Source: an uncultured Chitinophaga sp.
Lineage (GTDB): Bacteria; Bacteroidota; Bacteroidia; Chitinophagales; LD1
Assembly: GCA_964493695.1 (NCBI GenBank)
Contig: CAZBPG010000004.1
Location: 40,466-104,465 of the forward strand
Length of the DNA: 64,000 nt
Direction of reading: 5' to 3'
Part shown: one piece after another, positions 54,736 to 62,042 of the stretch
Position numbering within the stretch: position 1 is the stretch's first letter
Layout: the number at the start of each line of letters is the position of its first letter
Program-made: the position numbers and the translations under genes
The notes under the pieces: generated by a model
What the model saw: the letters and a program-made list of their open reading frames with translations, nothing else
What the model was told of the DNA's origin: nothing
Databases searched by the model: none

Positions 54736-54931
54736 TATCGTTTGTTTGTTTTTTTGTCAGAACGCGCCAAACATAAATTGTCGTCACAAGCCAAACACAG
54801 TCTAAACCAAGTTTGATTGCAGGGTTTATCGGTAAAAATTCATCAGCCAAATTGTTTACGACAAAAATTTTAACGAGATAAAACCCAATGTAAATTAGAA
54901 CTGAGATAAAAAATACTTTCGCATATTTCAT
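54707..54931 (-). CDS. 74-aa two-transmembrane-helix protein overlapping the cyclase start by 29 nt (possibly the detached membrane anchor of the cyclase)
   Basis: Helices VFFISVLIYIGFYLVKIFVV and IKLGLDCVWLVTTIYVWRVL, with polar tail TKKQTNDSEPNSNTET. An A7 tract (T7 at 54749-54755 on the + strand) lies in the overlap. Confidence 0.6.
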   Translation of the reverse strand: MKYAKVFFISVLIYIGFYLVKIFVVNNLADEFLPINPAIKLGLDCVWLVTTIYVWRVLTKKQTNDSEPNSNTET

Positions 54932-54958
54932 AAGTGATTATTTTATGATGAATGTTAC

Positions 54959-55666
54959 TTAGTGACAATACTTTTTAATTACTGCATCCACATTACTAAG
55001 CCCCAACTTTCGAGCCTGGCTTAAATCTATACACCCAGTTTCTTTTTGTCCTGACATAATTTTTGCCCTTCCTCTGCTGTAATAAGCCTCAGCATCTTTA
55101 GGATTAAATTCAATAGCCTTGTTTAAATCCGCTATAGCTCCTTGGTAGTCTGGCAAGTTAACTTTTGCTATTCCCCTATTGTAATATACGTTTCTATGTT
55201 TAGGATTAAATTCAATAGTCTTATTGTAATCAGCTATTGCGCCTCGGTAGTCTTGTAATACATCTTTTGCGCATCCTCTGTTAAAGTAAGCTAGTGCATA
55301 CTTAGGGTTAAGCTCAATAGCTTTGTTATAATCTGCGATAGCCCCTCTATAGTCACGTTGGTCTTGTTTTGAAAATCCTCTGCCATAATAAGCTCTTGCA
55401 AATTTGGGATCAAATTCAATAGCCTTACTGAAATCTACTATAGCGCCTTGGTATTCTTTTAGGTTATATTTTGCACTTCCTCTGTTATGATAAGCTAATG
55501 CATCCTTAGGATTGATTTCAATTGCTTTGTTGTAATCTGTTATAGCTCCACGGTAGTCTTGTAATTTACCTTTTGCAACTCCTTTATCAATATACTCTTG
55601 GCTTGTTTGGCAGTAGCAGTACATGAAGGAGTTAAACGCAACAATTAAAAAAAACGTAGTTTTCAT
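54959..55666 (-). CDS. Secreted protein made of ~6 near-consensus TPR repeats
   Basis: Signal peptide MKTTFFLIVAFNSFMYCYCQ (ATG 55666). Then 34-aa units of the form AYxNRGxAKxxLxDYxGAIADYNKAIExNPKxA, five regular copies plus one degenerate. Confidence 0.85.
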   Translation of the reverse strand: MKTTFFLIVAFNSFMYCYCQTSQEYIDKGVAKGKLQDYRGAITDYNKAIEINPKDALAYHNRGSAKYNLKEYQGAIVDFSKAIEFDPKFARAYYGRGFSKQDQRDYRGAIADYNKAIELNPKYALAYFNRGCAKDVLQDYRGAIADYNKTIEFNPKHRNVYYNRGIAKVNLPDYQGAIADLNKAIEFNPKDAEAYYSRGRAKIMSGQKETGCIDLSQARKLGLSNVDAVIKKYCH

Positions 55667-55785
55667 GTTGATTGGTTTTTTGCCTCCTAAAAATAAAAAT
55701 AATAGACTGTTTATCATCCGCTATTCGAGATGTTAGCCTGCGCATCCCGAACGTAAGATAACAAGCGATTTTTAATCACTAAACA

Positions 55786-56195
55786 AACAGATTAAAAACC
55801 TGTAACCATCTATAGGTACTACATGCACTTTCTTGAAAGAAAACACCATTACTAATCTGTTATTCATTATAACAGTTCTGTCATTACGCATTACTAATCT
55901 GTTATTTAGTAAAACAGATTTGATATTATATATTACTAATCTGTTTTTATCTATAACAGACCTGTTTTATAACATAACAAATCTGTAATTATGTAATACA
56001 GACCTGTTATTTGACATTACTAATCTGTTATTTAAAATTACAGACCTGTTTTACAGTATAGCAAATCTGTAATTATAAAATACAGACCTGTTGTTATACA
56101 TTACTAATCTGTTATTTAGTATAACAGATTAGCAATGGTGCATAACAGTTCTGTTATGCTTTTAAGGGTCTTGATTTTTTCAAAAAACCTGTTTT
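55786..56195. promoter_or_regulatory. Array of 15 core (+2 flanking) ACAG/CTGT-core sites with ~21-bp average phasing, organised as 42- and 84-bp higher-order repeats, filling the divergent control region
   Basis: ATTACTAATCTGTT occurs at 55848, 55890, 55932, 56016 and 56100. (A/T)ACAGACCTGTT occurs at 55955, 55997, 56039 and 56081. A(A/G)CAAATCTGTAATT occurs at 55976 and 56060. AACAGTTCTGT occurs at 55871 and 56144. AACAGATT occurs at 55913 and 56123. Weaker copies sit at 55786 and about 56185. Confidence 0.8.
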
Positions 56196-56274
56196 ATTTT
56201 GCAGTAATTCTTCCATTTCGTAACTAAACTCAGGATTTATGCCCCTAAGCCGATGTAACCGGAATTATCACCGC

Positions 56275-56910
56275 ATGAAAATTCACCAGCGCGGAACCCT
56301 TGCCAGCGGAATGCTGGAAACCTACTACAAAAACAACCCTCCGTTTACGGCCCCGGTTATGCCCAAGGCCGATTTTAAAAAACTGGTGAACGACTACAAC
56401 AGCCGCTATGCCGATTTTGCCAACGGTGGCAGGGCGCAGAAAGCCGACTGGCTGATTGCCCGTGACACTTTGATACATGGGCTTGACCTGATAGCCGACA
56501 ATGTGGACGAAGTAGCGGGCGGTAACGAAGATATTATTCTGGAAGGGGGCTTTCAGCCGCGTAAAACTTTCCGCTCCGGTAAAAATACGCCACCGGTGCC
56601 CGAAATTGAATCGCTGGAACACGGTGCCACCGGTCAGTTGTTTGCCACCTGCAAACTGCTTGAGCCGAACACGTTTTACGGCTGTATAATAAGCGAAGGC
56701 GCACCGCTTGATGAACGGGTGGTGATGCGTGCCGGTAAGCTGGTTATTCCTAAAGGGCTTACCACCGCTATTCAAATTGACGAAACCAAGAAACGCAAAA
56801 AGTCTTTTGTAAACCTTACCCCAATGGTTACCTACTACTTTTATTTTTTTGCGCGCAACTCGGCCGGTGTAAGTTCGCTGAGCGAGCCACGGGCTATTAT
56901 TTGTTTGTAG
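56275..56910 (+). CDS. Orphan protein (211 aa): helical N-terminal half, FN3/Ig-like beta C-terminal half
   Basis: I placed the start at ATG 56275 (MKIHQRGTL...). The C-terminal ...LTPMVTYYFYFFARNSAGVSSLSEPRAI resembles the final strands of an FN3 domain. No family recognised. Confidence 0.65.
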   Translation: MKIHQRGTLASGMLETYYKNNPPFTAPVMPKADFKKLVNDYNSRYADFANGGRAQKADWLIARDTLIHGLDLIADNVDEVAGGNEDIILEGGFQPRKTFRSGKNTPPVPEIESLEHGATGQLFATCKLLEPNTFYGCIISEGAPLDERVVMRAGKLVIPKGLTTAIQIDETKKRKKSFVNLTPMVTYYFYFFARNSAGVSSLSEPRAIICL

Positions 56911-56982
56911 AAACGGCTAAAGGCGCGGTTTCGGTTACCGGTGTGTCCGGTTATAAACGTTGAAAAGACTGGTTTTGTCATT

Positions 56983-57073
56983 CCGAACGAAGGTTTCCGA
57001 AGTGAGGAATCTTGTATTTTTATGGGAAGCAAATACAAGATGTCTCGTTCCTCGACATGACAAATGCTCACTT
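56983..57073. repeat. Palindromic REP/MITE-like element (inverted pair of TTTGTCAT...ATCTTGTATTT units, head-to-head)
   Basis: TTTGTCATTCCGAACGAAGGTTTCCGAAGTGAGGAATCTTGTATTT, loop, AAATACAAGATGTCTCGTTCCTCGACATGACAAA. Confidence 0.75.
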
Positions 57074-57235
57074 TGTACGCCTTGTGAATAATGCTGATGA
57101 AGGCATCATCCGACAGACAAATACATCCTCTATTTGCATTCATTCCTAAATTCTCATATTCTCACACTTCAAATTAAACAGGAATGAAAGGCAATCGGGC
57201 TGTTCAATCCAAAATTTAAAATCTAAAATCGAAAA

Positions 57236-59347
57236 TTGAATTCCGGTCTTTCGTTTCAATATCCTTTCTGGTTTATCATTTTCTGTGTAGCGCTGGGTGC
57301 GGCTTATGCGGCATTGCTTTACTACCGCGACACTACCTTCGATGAAAAAACCTCGGGCAGTAAATGGTGGAAAAATGCCATGACGTGTTTCCGGTTTGTG
57401 GCGGTTACGGTGCTGGCGGTTCTTCTTCTTTCGCCTTTTATAAGAACCCGCAACACCCAAAAATTTAAACCGGTGGTGGCGGTGATAAACGACAACAGCG
57501 AATCGGTAAAAAACAGTTTCGGAAAAGATTCAACTGCATACCAAAAGAAACTCCTCGTGCTCATAGATAAGCTGAGCGAGAAATATGAAGTGGCACAGTT
57601 CAATGCCGGTGATGAACTTAAACGCGGCATTGATTTTTCGTACCGCGATAAATCAACCGACCTCAGCCATGCCATTGATGAAGTAAACGATTTGTATTAC
57701 AACCAGAACCTGGGCGCGGTGGTTATTGCCAGCGATGGTATTTATAACAAGGGCGTAAATCCGGTTTATTCGGCTGCCAGGGCTTCGTATTCGGTTTACA
57801 CTATTGCGCTGGGCGACACTACTATTCAGAAAGACCAGAAACTTTCGAATGCCTATTACAACAAGATAGCTTACCTCAACGACCGGTTCTCGCTCAGGGT
57901 AGATGTGGAAGAAAATAATTTGTCGGGCAGGAATGTAAAACTGAGCGTGTATGAAATAGTAACCGGCAGCGATGCAAAGCTTATTCAGAGCAAAGACATT
58001 TCGTATACCTCCGATAACTATTTCCAGAGTTTTGATTTTGTGCTGCCTGCCGATAAAGCGGGCATTGCGCATTACCGCATTTCGCTTTCAAACACCGAAG
58101 GCGAAATTACTTACCGCAATAACGTGCGCGATGTATTTGTAGAAGTGCTGGACAGCAGGCAGAAGATTCTGCTTGTAGCCAACTCTCCGCATCCGGATAT
58201 TGCCGCCTTTAAAGCCGCTATCGAAAGCAATAAGAATTATCAGTTAGAGGTGGAGTATGCCGAAACATTTTCGAAAAAACTGAACGATTACAATCTGGTT
58301 ATTCTTCATCAGTTGCCTTCTGCGGTTAATAAAGTGAGCAACATTTTAAGCGATGCAAGAGATTTGAAAAAATCGCTGCTCTTTGTTCTCGGCTCTCAAA
58401 CTTCCATCCCCGAGTTTCAAAAAGCGCAGAACGGTTTGGTAATAAAAGGCAATGCCGATAAGTTTAACGAAGTAACCGCTAACGTGGCAAAAGATTTTGC
58501 CCTCTTTACCCTCTCCGATAAAACGGTGCAGACTATTCCTAAACTGCCGCCCTTCAGTTGTTTCTTTGGTGAATACAGTGCCAATCCATCGTCTAAAAAA
58601 CTTTTGCAGCAAAAAATAAATGCAGTGGAAACCGATTTTCCGCTTTGGCTGTTCAACGAAACCGGTGACGAAAAATTCGGGGTAATTTGTGGCGAAGGTT
58701 TGTGGCGCTGGAGATTGTATGATTATCTCATCAACAAAAATCAGGAAGCTACGAACGAACTCATCAACAAAACGGTGCAGTATCTTTCGGTAAAAGCCGA
58801 TAAGCGGCCTTTCCGCGTTAACCTGCCTAAGAATATTTTTCAGGATAACGAAGCCATCACTTTCGATGCCCAGCTTTACAACGCCAATTACGAACTCATC
58901 AACGCTGCCGATGTAGAAATGAAAATAAAAGACGAAGACGGCAAAGAATACGATTACAAATTCAACAGAACAGAAAACGCTTACAACCTGAATGCAGGTT
59001 TTTTACCGGTGGGCAATTACGCTTACAATGCTTCGGTAAAATTCGGCAACGGAACTTATACGGCTAACGGAAAGTTTTCGGTTAGCCCGTTGCAGTTAGA
59101 AGAAATGCGCACCCGTGCCGACCATCAGGTGCTGTTTCAACTGGCATCGCAGCACAACGGTGCCATGCATTACTTAAACGACCTGGAAAAAATTGCCGCT
59201 GAAATTGATTCGAAAAATCAACTCAAGCCCATTCTTTACGATACCTTTATGACGGAGAGCGCCATTAATCTCAAATGGATTTTCTTTCTGTTGCTTACAC
59301 TCATTTCTGCCGAGTGGGTTATCCGAAAATATTTAGGAGGGTATTAA
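57236..59347 (+). CDS. 703-aa membrane protein, function unknown (N-terminal double TM, large soluble region, C-terminal TM)
   Basis: TTG start; the frame opens 3 codons upstream and there is no in-frame ATG nearby. TM segments are FWFIIFCVALGAAYAALLYY, FRFVAVTVLAVLLLSPFI and WIFFLLLTLISAEWVI. I am not confident of any family assignment. Confidence 0.75.
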   Translation: MNSGLSFQYPFWFIIFCVALGAAYAALLYYRDTTFDEKTSGSKWWKNAMTCFRFVAVTVLAVLLLSPFIRTRNTQKFKPVVAVINDNSESVKNSFGKDSTAYQKKLLVLIDKLSEKYEVAQFNAGDELKRGIDFSYRDKSTDLSHAIDEVNDLYYNQNLGAVVIASDGIYNKGVNPVYSAARASYSVYTIALGDTTIQKDQKLSNAYYNKIAYLNDRFSLRVDVEENNLSGRNVKLSVYEIVTGSDAKLIQSKDISYTSDNYFQSFDFVLPADKAGIAHYRISLSNTEGEITYRNNVRDVFVEVLDSRQKILLVANSPHPDIAAFKAAIESNKNYQLEVEYAETFSKKLNDYNLVILHQLPSAVNKVSNILSDARDLKKSLLFVLGSQTSIPEFQKAQNGLVIKGNADKFNEVTANVAKDFALFTLSDKTVQTIPKLPPFSCFFGEYSANPSSKKLLQQKINAVETDFPLWLFNETGDEKFGVICGEGLWRWRLYDYLINKNQEATNELINKTVQYLSVKADKRPFRVNLPKNIFQDNEAITFDAQLYNANYELINAADVEMKIKDEDGKEYDYKFNRTENAYNLNAGFLPVGNYAYNASVKFGNGTYTANGKFSVSPLQLEEMRTRADHQVLFQLASQHNGAMHYLNDLEKIAAEIDSKNQLKPILYDTFMTESAINLKWIFFLLLTLISAEWVIRKYLGGY

Positions 59348-59358
59348 TTAGAAAACAA

Positions 59359-59444
59359 AATACAAGATGCCTCACTGCGGAAACCTCCGTTCGGCATGAC
59401 AATTCGAGCGTTTTGTCATGCCGGGGAACGAGGCATCTTGTATT
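59359..59444. repeat. Palindromic REP/MITE-like element of the same family, tail-to-tail arrangement
   Basis: The outer 15-bp arms are AATACAAGATGCCTC (59359-59373) and GAGGCATCTTGTATT (59430-59444). The inner 10-bp arms are GGCATGACAA (59393-59402) and TTGTCATGCC (59413-59422). Confidence 0.8.
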
Positions 59445-59452
59445 GTCCTAAA

Positions 59453-59489
59453 ACAAAAAAAGCCAACTCATTGCTGAGTTGGCTTTTTA
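59453..59489. terminator. Bidirectional rho-independent terminator
   Basis: An A-run, then AGCCAACTCA (59461-59470), loop TTGC, TGAGTTGGCT (59475-59484), then TTTTT. It lies between convergent genes. Confidence 0.75.
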
Positions 59490-59507
59490 AATTCTTACTC
59501 CGGTAAA

Positions 59508-61940
59508 TTACTTCACCAGAATAAATTTGTTGTTGCTTGTTTTTTCTGAAGTAGTAATACGGGCAAAATACATGCCGTTGCTCAAATCGCTGATGTTAAC
59601 GGAGATGTTTTGTTTTCCGGTTACTGTTTCGCTGAAAGCATTCTTTACCACGCGGCCATTGATATCGGTAATATCAATAGAAACTCTTTCGGTTTGTTTC
59701 AGGTTGAAGTTGATAAACAGCGTTCCGTTGTTTGGATTCGGGAACAGGCTCAAACCTATTTCCTGGTTCAAATCATTGATAGAGCTATAAAGCGGCAGCG
59801 GAATAAAAGGTCCACCGGCAGTGGTTGCCAAATACAACCCATAAGGGGCACCATTGTTATTGTTTGCCGGGTTCAGATAACCCGAAGAAAGTATCACACC
59901 GGCTTGTCCCGCGCGTGCTGAAAAATCTGCCACACGTGTTTCAAAAGTGGTTGTGCCGGTTGAATCCTGAATATCCCAAAGATAGCTGGCAGTAGTAACC
60001 GCCTGGTATGCCAGCGACTCACCGAATGAAATATTATCTACTAAAGTGCTTCCTCCCTGCTGTTTAATATCAAGGGTTGGTCCATCGGGCATACCGTGGA
60101 GCGTGTAGAAATCAAAATTGGTATTCACCACGGCCTGAATCTGTCCCGGATTTTGAAGAAAGAGGTTGAAATCATTACTTCCCCCGTCAGGGTTTGCTGC
60201 CATACCGCTTCCTACATTGCCCTGGGCTACTCCAATGTAAACCTGTCCCGGACTGAAGAATCGTATTTCATGCCAGAAAGTATCGTTTACCGAAGCTGAA
60301 CCACCCGGTGCCATACCAATATCAATAGGGAAGTTGGCGGTCATAATACCAAGCACCGGTGAAGAATTTTTGTATTCAAAACCGGCAAAATACTTAGCCC
60401 CGTTAATGTAAACATCCATGGTATCTGCAATCGGGTCGGCACAGTTATGAATGAACTGAACAGAAGCAGTTTGTCTGCGCGGGAAAGCAATTACCTGTCC
60501 GCTTGGCAAAGCACCGAATAAGTCGAATTGCGCACCACCGTTGTTAGAGCCCGGAGTAATAAATCCTGAACTGAAAATATACATGCCGGAGCCGGCATAA
60601 GTCGAAAGGTTCAGAATCCATGCATTCAGCAAAACAGATGAATCCTGTTTCAGCACTTCCCATGCGTAGTAGTAAGCCGGTAACTGAAGATAACCGGCAA
60701 CGGTATTATATGCCTGATTGTTAAATAACAAAGGTCCACCGCTTCTGATGCGCACATCTAAACCGTAAGCATCGCTTACACCGTTCGCAAAGTTAACGCT
60801 CACATTCGTTCCGCTTCCGTTGGCAATAACTACTCCCTCTTTTAAAACAATATCCAACGCATTTGAAATAGCATCAGGATTTGCGGCATAACCTGCACCT
60901 GCCACCCCTGTGGCCATGGCTACATAGTTTGAATCAGCATCAAAAAAATACAGCCATGTTTTAATAGTATCTGCAAAAGAAGTTGAATTGCCCGGAGCTA
61001 AACCTATCTGTATAGGAAAATCAGCAGTGATAGGAATAAACGGAGTGGCTCCCCTGAACGCTAAGTCAGGAAATCCAAGCTGGCCGTTTACATAAACATC
61101 TACTGTGCTAAGCGAAGTATCGGCAGCGTTGTGAACCAACTGCACATTACAGGTTCTGCGCAGTGGCAGGGCAATCACAGTTCCGTTAGCGAGCACTGCA
61201 TACAAACCTATAGCCGGTCCGCCATTGTTACTTGCCGGTGTTGCAAAACCCGAAGCGAAAATTGTTGCTGCCTGTCCTGCTAATGCAGTAACATTCGCAA
61301 CCCATGTATTGATAACTGCTGAAGAGTCTTCGACAATTACTTCTAACTGATACCAGCTTGGCGGCACCTGTATATAACCGGGCGAATAGCTGCTGTATTT
61401 TAAGTTGTTGACCAAAAGCGGACCGCCATTGCGAATACGCACATCAATTCCGGGGGCATCTGTCACCCCGTGAAAAGCAATTACATCTACCAATGGAGGA
61501 TTAGTTCCTGCTATACGGGCATTGTTTAAGCGGCTCACCTGTATTTCGGTGTTTAATGCATTGGGGTTGGCAGCATAACCGCTTCCTTCTACTCCTGTAA
61601 TAATAAACTGCTGATATTGGTTGGCATAAATGTAGGTAGAGCCGACCGTATCAATGGCAGCGTCTGATTGGCTGCTGCCGGGTGCTTTAAGGTAAATGGT
61701 GAAATAACCCCACTCAATAGCAGGTAAATAACCTGTAGCCTGACGGAACGATAGTCCGGACGCAAACAAGGTTTGTCCGTTAGCATCACCTACATCTACC
61801 CACACATCCACTGTGGCAAGATCCGGGTCGGGAGAATTGTGAATAATCTGCGCCCAGCCGGTTCCGCCACCTGCAAAAGCAAACGATGACAGTAGTACTG
61901 CAACGCTCAGCACTTTTAGTTTTTTGTAATAATTTTTCAT
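59508..61940 (-). CDS. 810-aa secreted protein with repeated DUF4397-like domains and a T9SS type A-like C-terminal domain
   Basis: Signal peptide. Recurring segments IIHNSPDPDLATVDVWVD, VQLVHNAADTSLSTVDVYVNG and VQFIHNCADPIADTMDVYING alternate with HG(V/M)(T/P)D(A/G)P.(I/L)D(V/I) segments. The C-terminal LSLFPNPNNGTLFINF...NGMYFARITTSEKTSNNKFILVK resembles a Por tail. Confidence 0.8.
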   Translation of the reverse strand: MKNYYKKLKVLSVAVLLSSFAFAGGGTGWAQIIHNSPDPDLATVDVWVDVGDANGQTLFASGLSFRQATGYLPAIEWGYFTIYLKAPGSSQSDAAIDTVGSTYIYANQYQQFIITGVEGSGYAANPNALNTEIQVSRLNNARIAGTNPPLVDVIAFHGVTDAPGIDVRIRNGGPLLVNNLKYSSYSPGYIQVPPSWYQLEVIVEDSSAVINTWVANVTALAGQAATIFASGFATPASNNGGPAIGLYAVLANGTVIALPLRRTCNVQLVHNAADTSLSTVDVYVNGQLGFPDLAFRGATPFIPITADFPIQIGLAPGNSTSFADTIKTWLYFFDADSNYVAMATGVAGAGYAANPDAISNALDIVLKEGVVIANGSGTNVSVNFANGVSDAYGLDVRIRSGGPLLFNNQAYNTVAGYLQLPAYYYAWEVLKQDSSVLLNAWILNLSTYAGSGMYIFSSGFITPGSNNGGAQFDLFGALPSGQVIAFPRRQTASVQFIHNCADPIADTMDVYINGAKYFAGFEYKNSSPVLGIMTANFPIDIGMAPGGSASVNDTFWHEIRFFSPGQVYIGVAQGNVGSGMAANPDGGSNDFNLFLQNPGQIQAVVNTNFDFYTLHGMPDGPTLDIKQQGGSTLVDNISFGESLAYQAVTTASYLWDIQDSTGTTTFETRVADFSARAGQAGVILSSGYLNPANNNNGAPYGLYLATTAGGPFIPLPLYSSINDLNQEIGLSLFPNPNNGTLFINFNLKQTERVSIDITDINGRVVKNAFSETVTGKQNISVNISDLSNGMYFARITTSEKTSNNKFILVK

Positions 61941-62042
61941 GTGTTTAAGTTTTAATTAAAAAATCGGGACGGAAAATTACGAAAGCGAATTTAAAAAACC
62001 AGAATAGTGCCTGTTTTTTTTACTCTTCTATCTTCGCCCCGA

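Noticed and set aside
54749-54755. Programmed -1 ribosomal frameshifting on the A AAA AAA tract to fuse the 2TM ORF and the cyclase
   Set aside because: The cyclase frame is +1 relative to the 2TM frame, equivalent to deleting one base. A classical -1 slip on this heptamer would enter the third frame, not the cyclase frame. Only a DNA or RNA length change (A7 to A6) or a +1 event would fuse them.
54103-54931. A canonical Pycsar (or CBASS) system
   Set aside because: The cyclase is of the right minimal type. However, the neighbouring 74-aa ORF is far too short to hold a cNMP-binding domain, and no TIR, patatin, endonuclease or CD-NTase-type gene is present. It is reported only as an unassigned candidate.
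55848-56155. A possible CRISPR array, given the regularly spaced repeats in AT-rich DNA
   Set aside because: The periods are 21/42/84 bp, too short for repeat-plus-spacer units. The 'spacers' are themselves repeated motifs rather than unique sequences. No cas genes occur anywhere in the window.
55848-56155. An invertible promoter (inverton) for phase variation
   Set aside because: The terminal D and E motifs are in direct orientation, not inverted. The A motif keeps one orientation throughout. No site-specific recombinase gene is present in the window.
26713-56200. The idea that the two phased arrays (26.8 kb and 56 kb) mark the ends of a 29-kb mobile island
   Set aside because: The intervening DNA carries core housekeeping genes (fabG, cca, miaA, transketolase, helicase) and no mobility genes. 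The arrays are related only by short shared cores, not by terminal inverted or direct repeats.
55718-56274. A replication origin or plasmid-type iteron region
   Set aside because: I saw no DnaA boxes (TTATCCACA/TGTGGATAA) and no dnaA, rep or partition genes nearby. The flanks are ordinary chromosomal genes. Iteron-like phasing alone is not sufficient.
56841-57460. Two minus-strand ORFs (56841-57143 and 57146-57460)
   Set aside because: They are read through the palindromic repeat element and the 5' end of gene 57236-59347. Their peptides are the typical translated-repeat artefacts.
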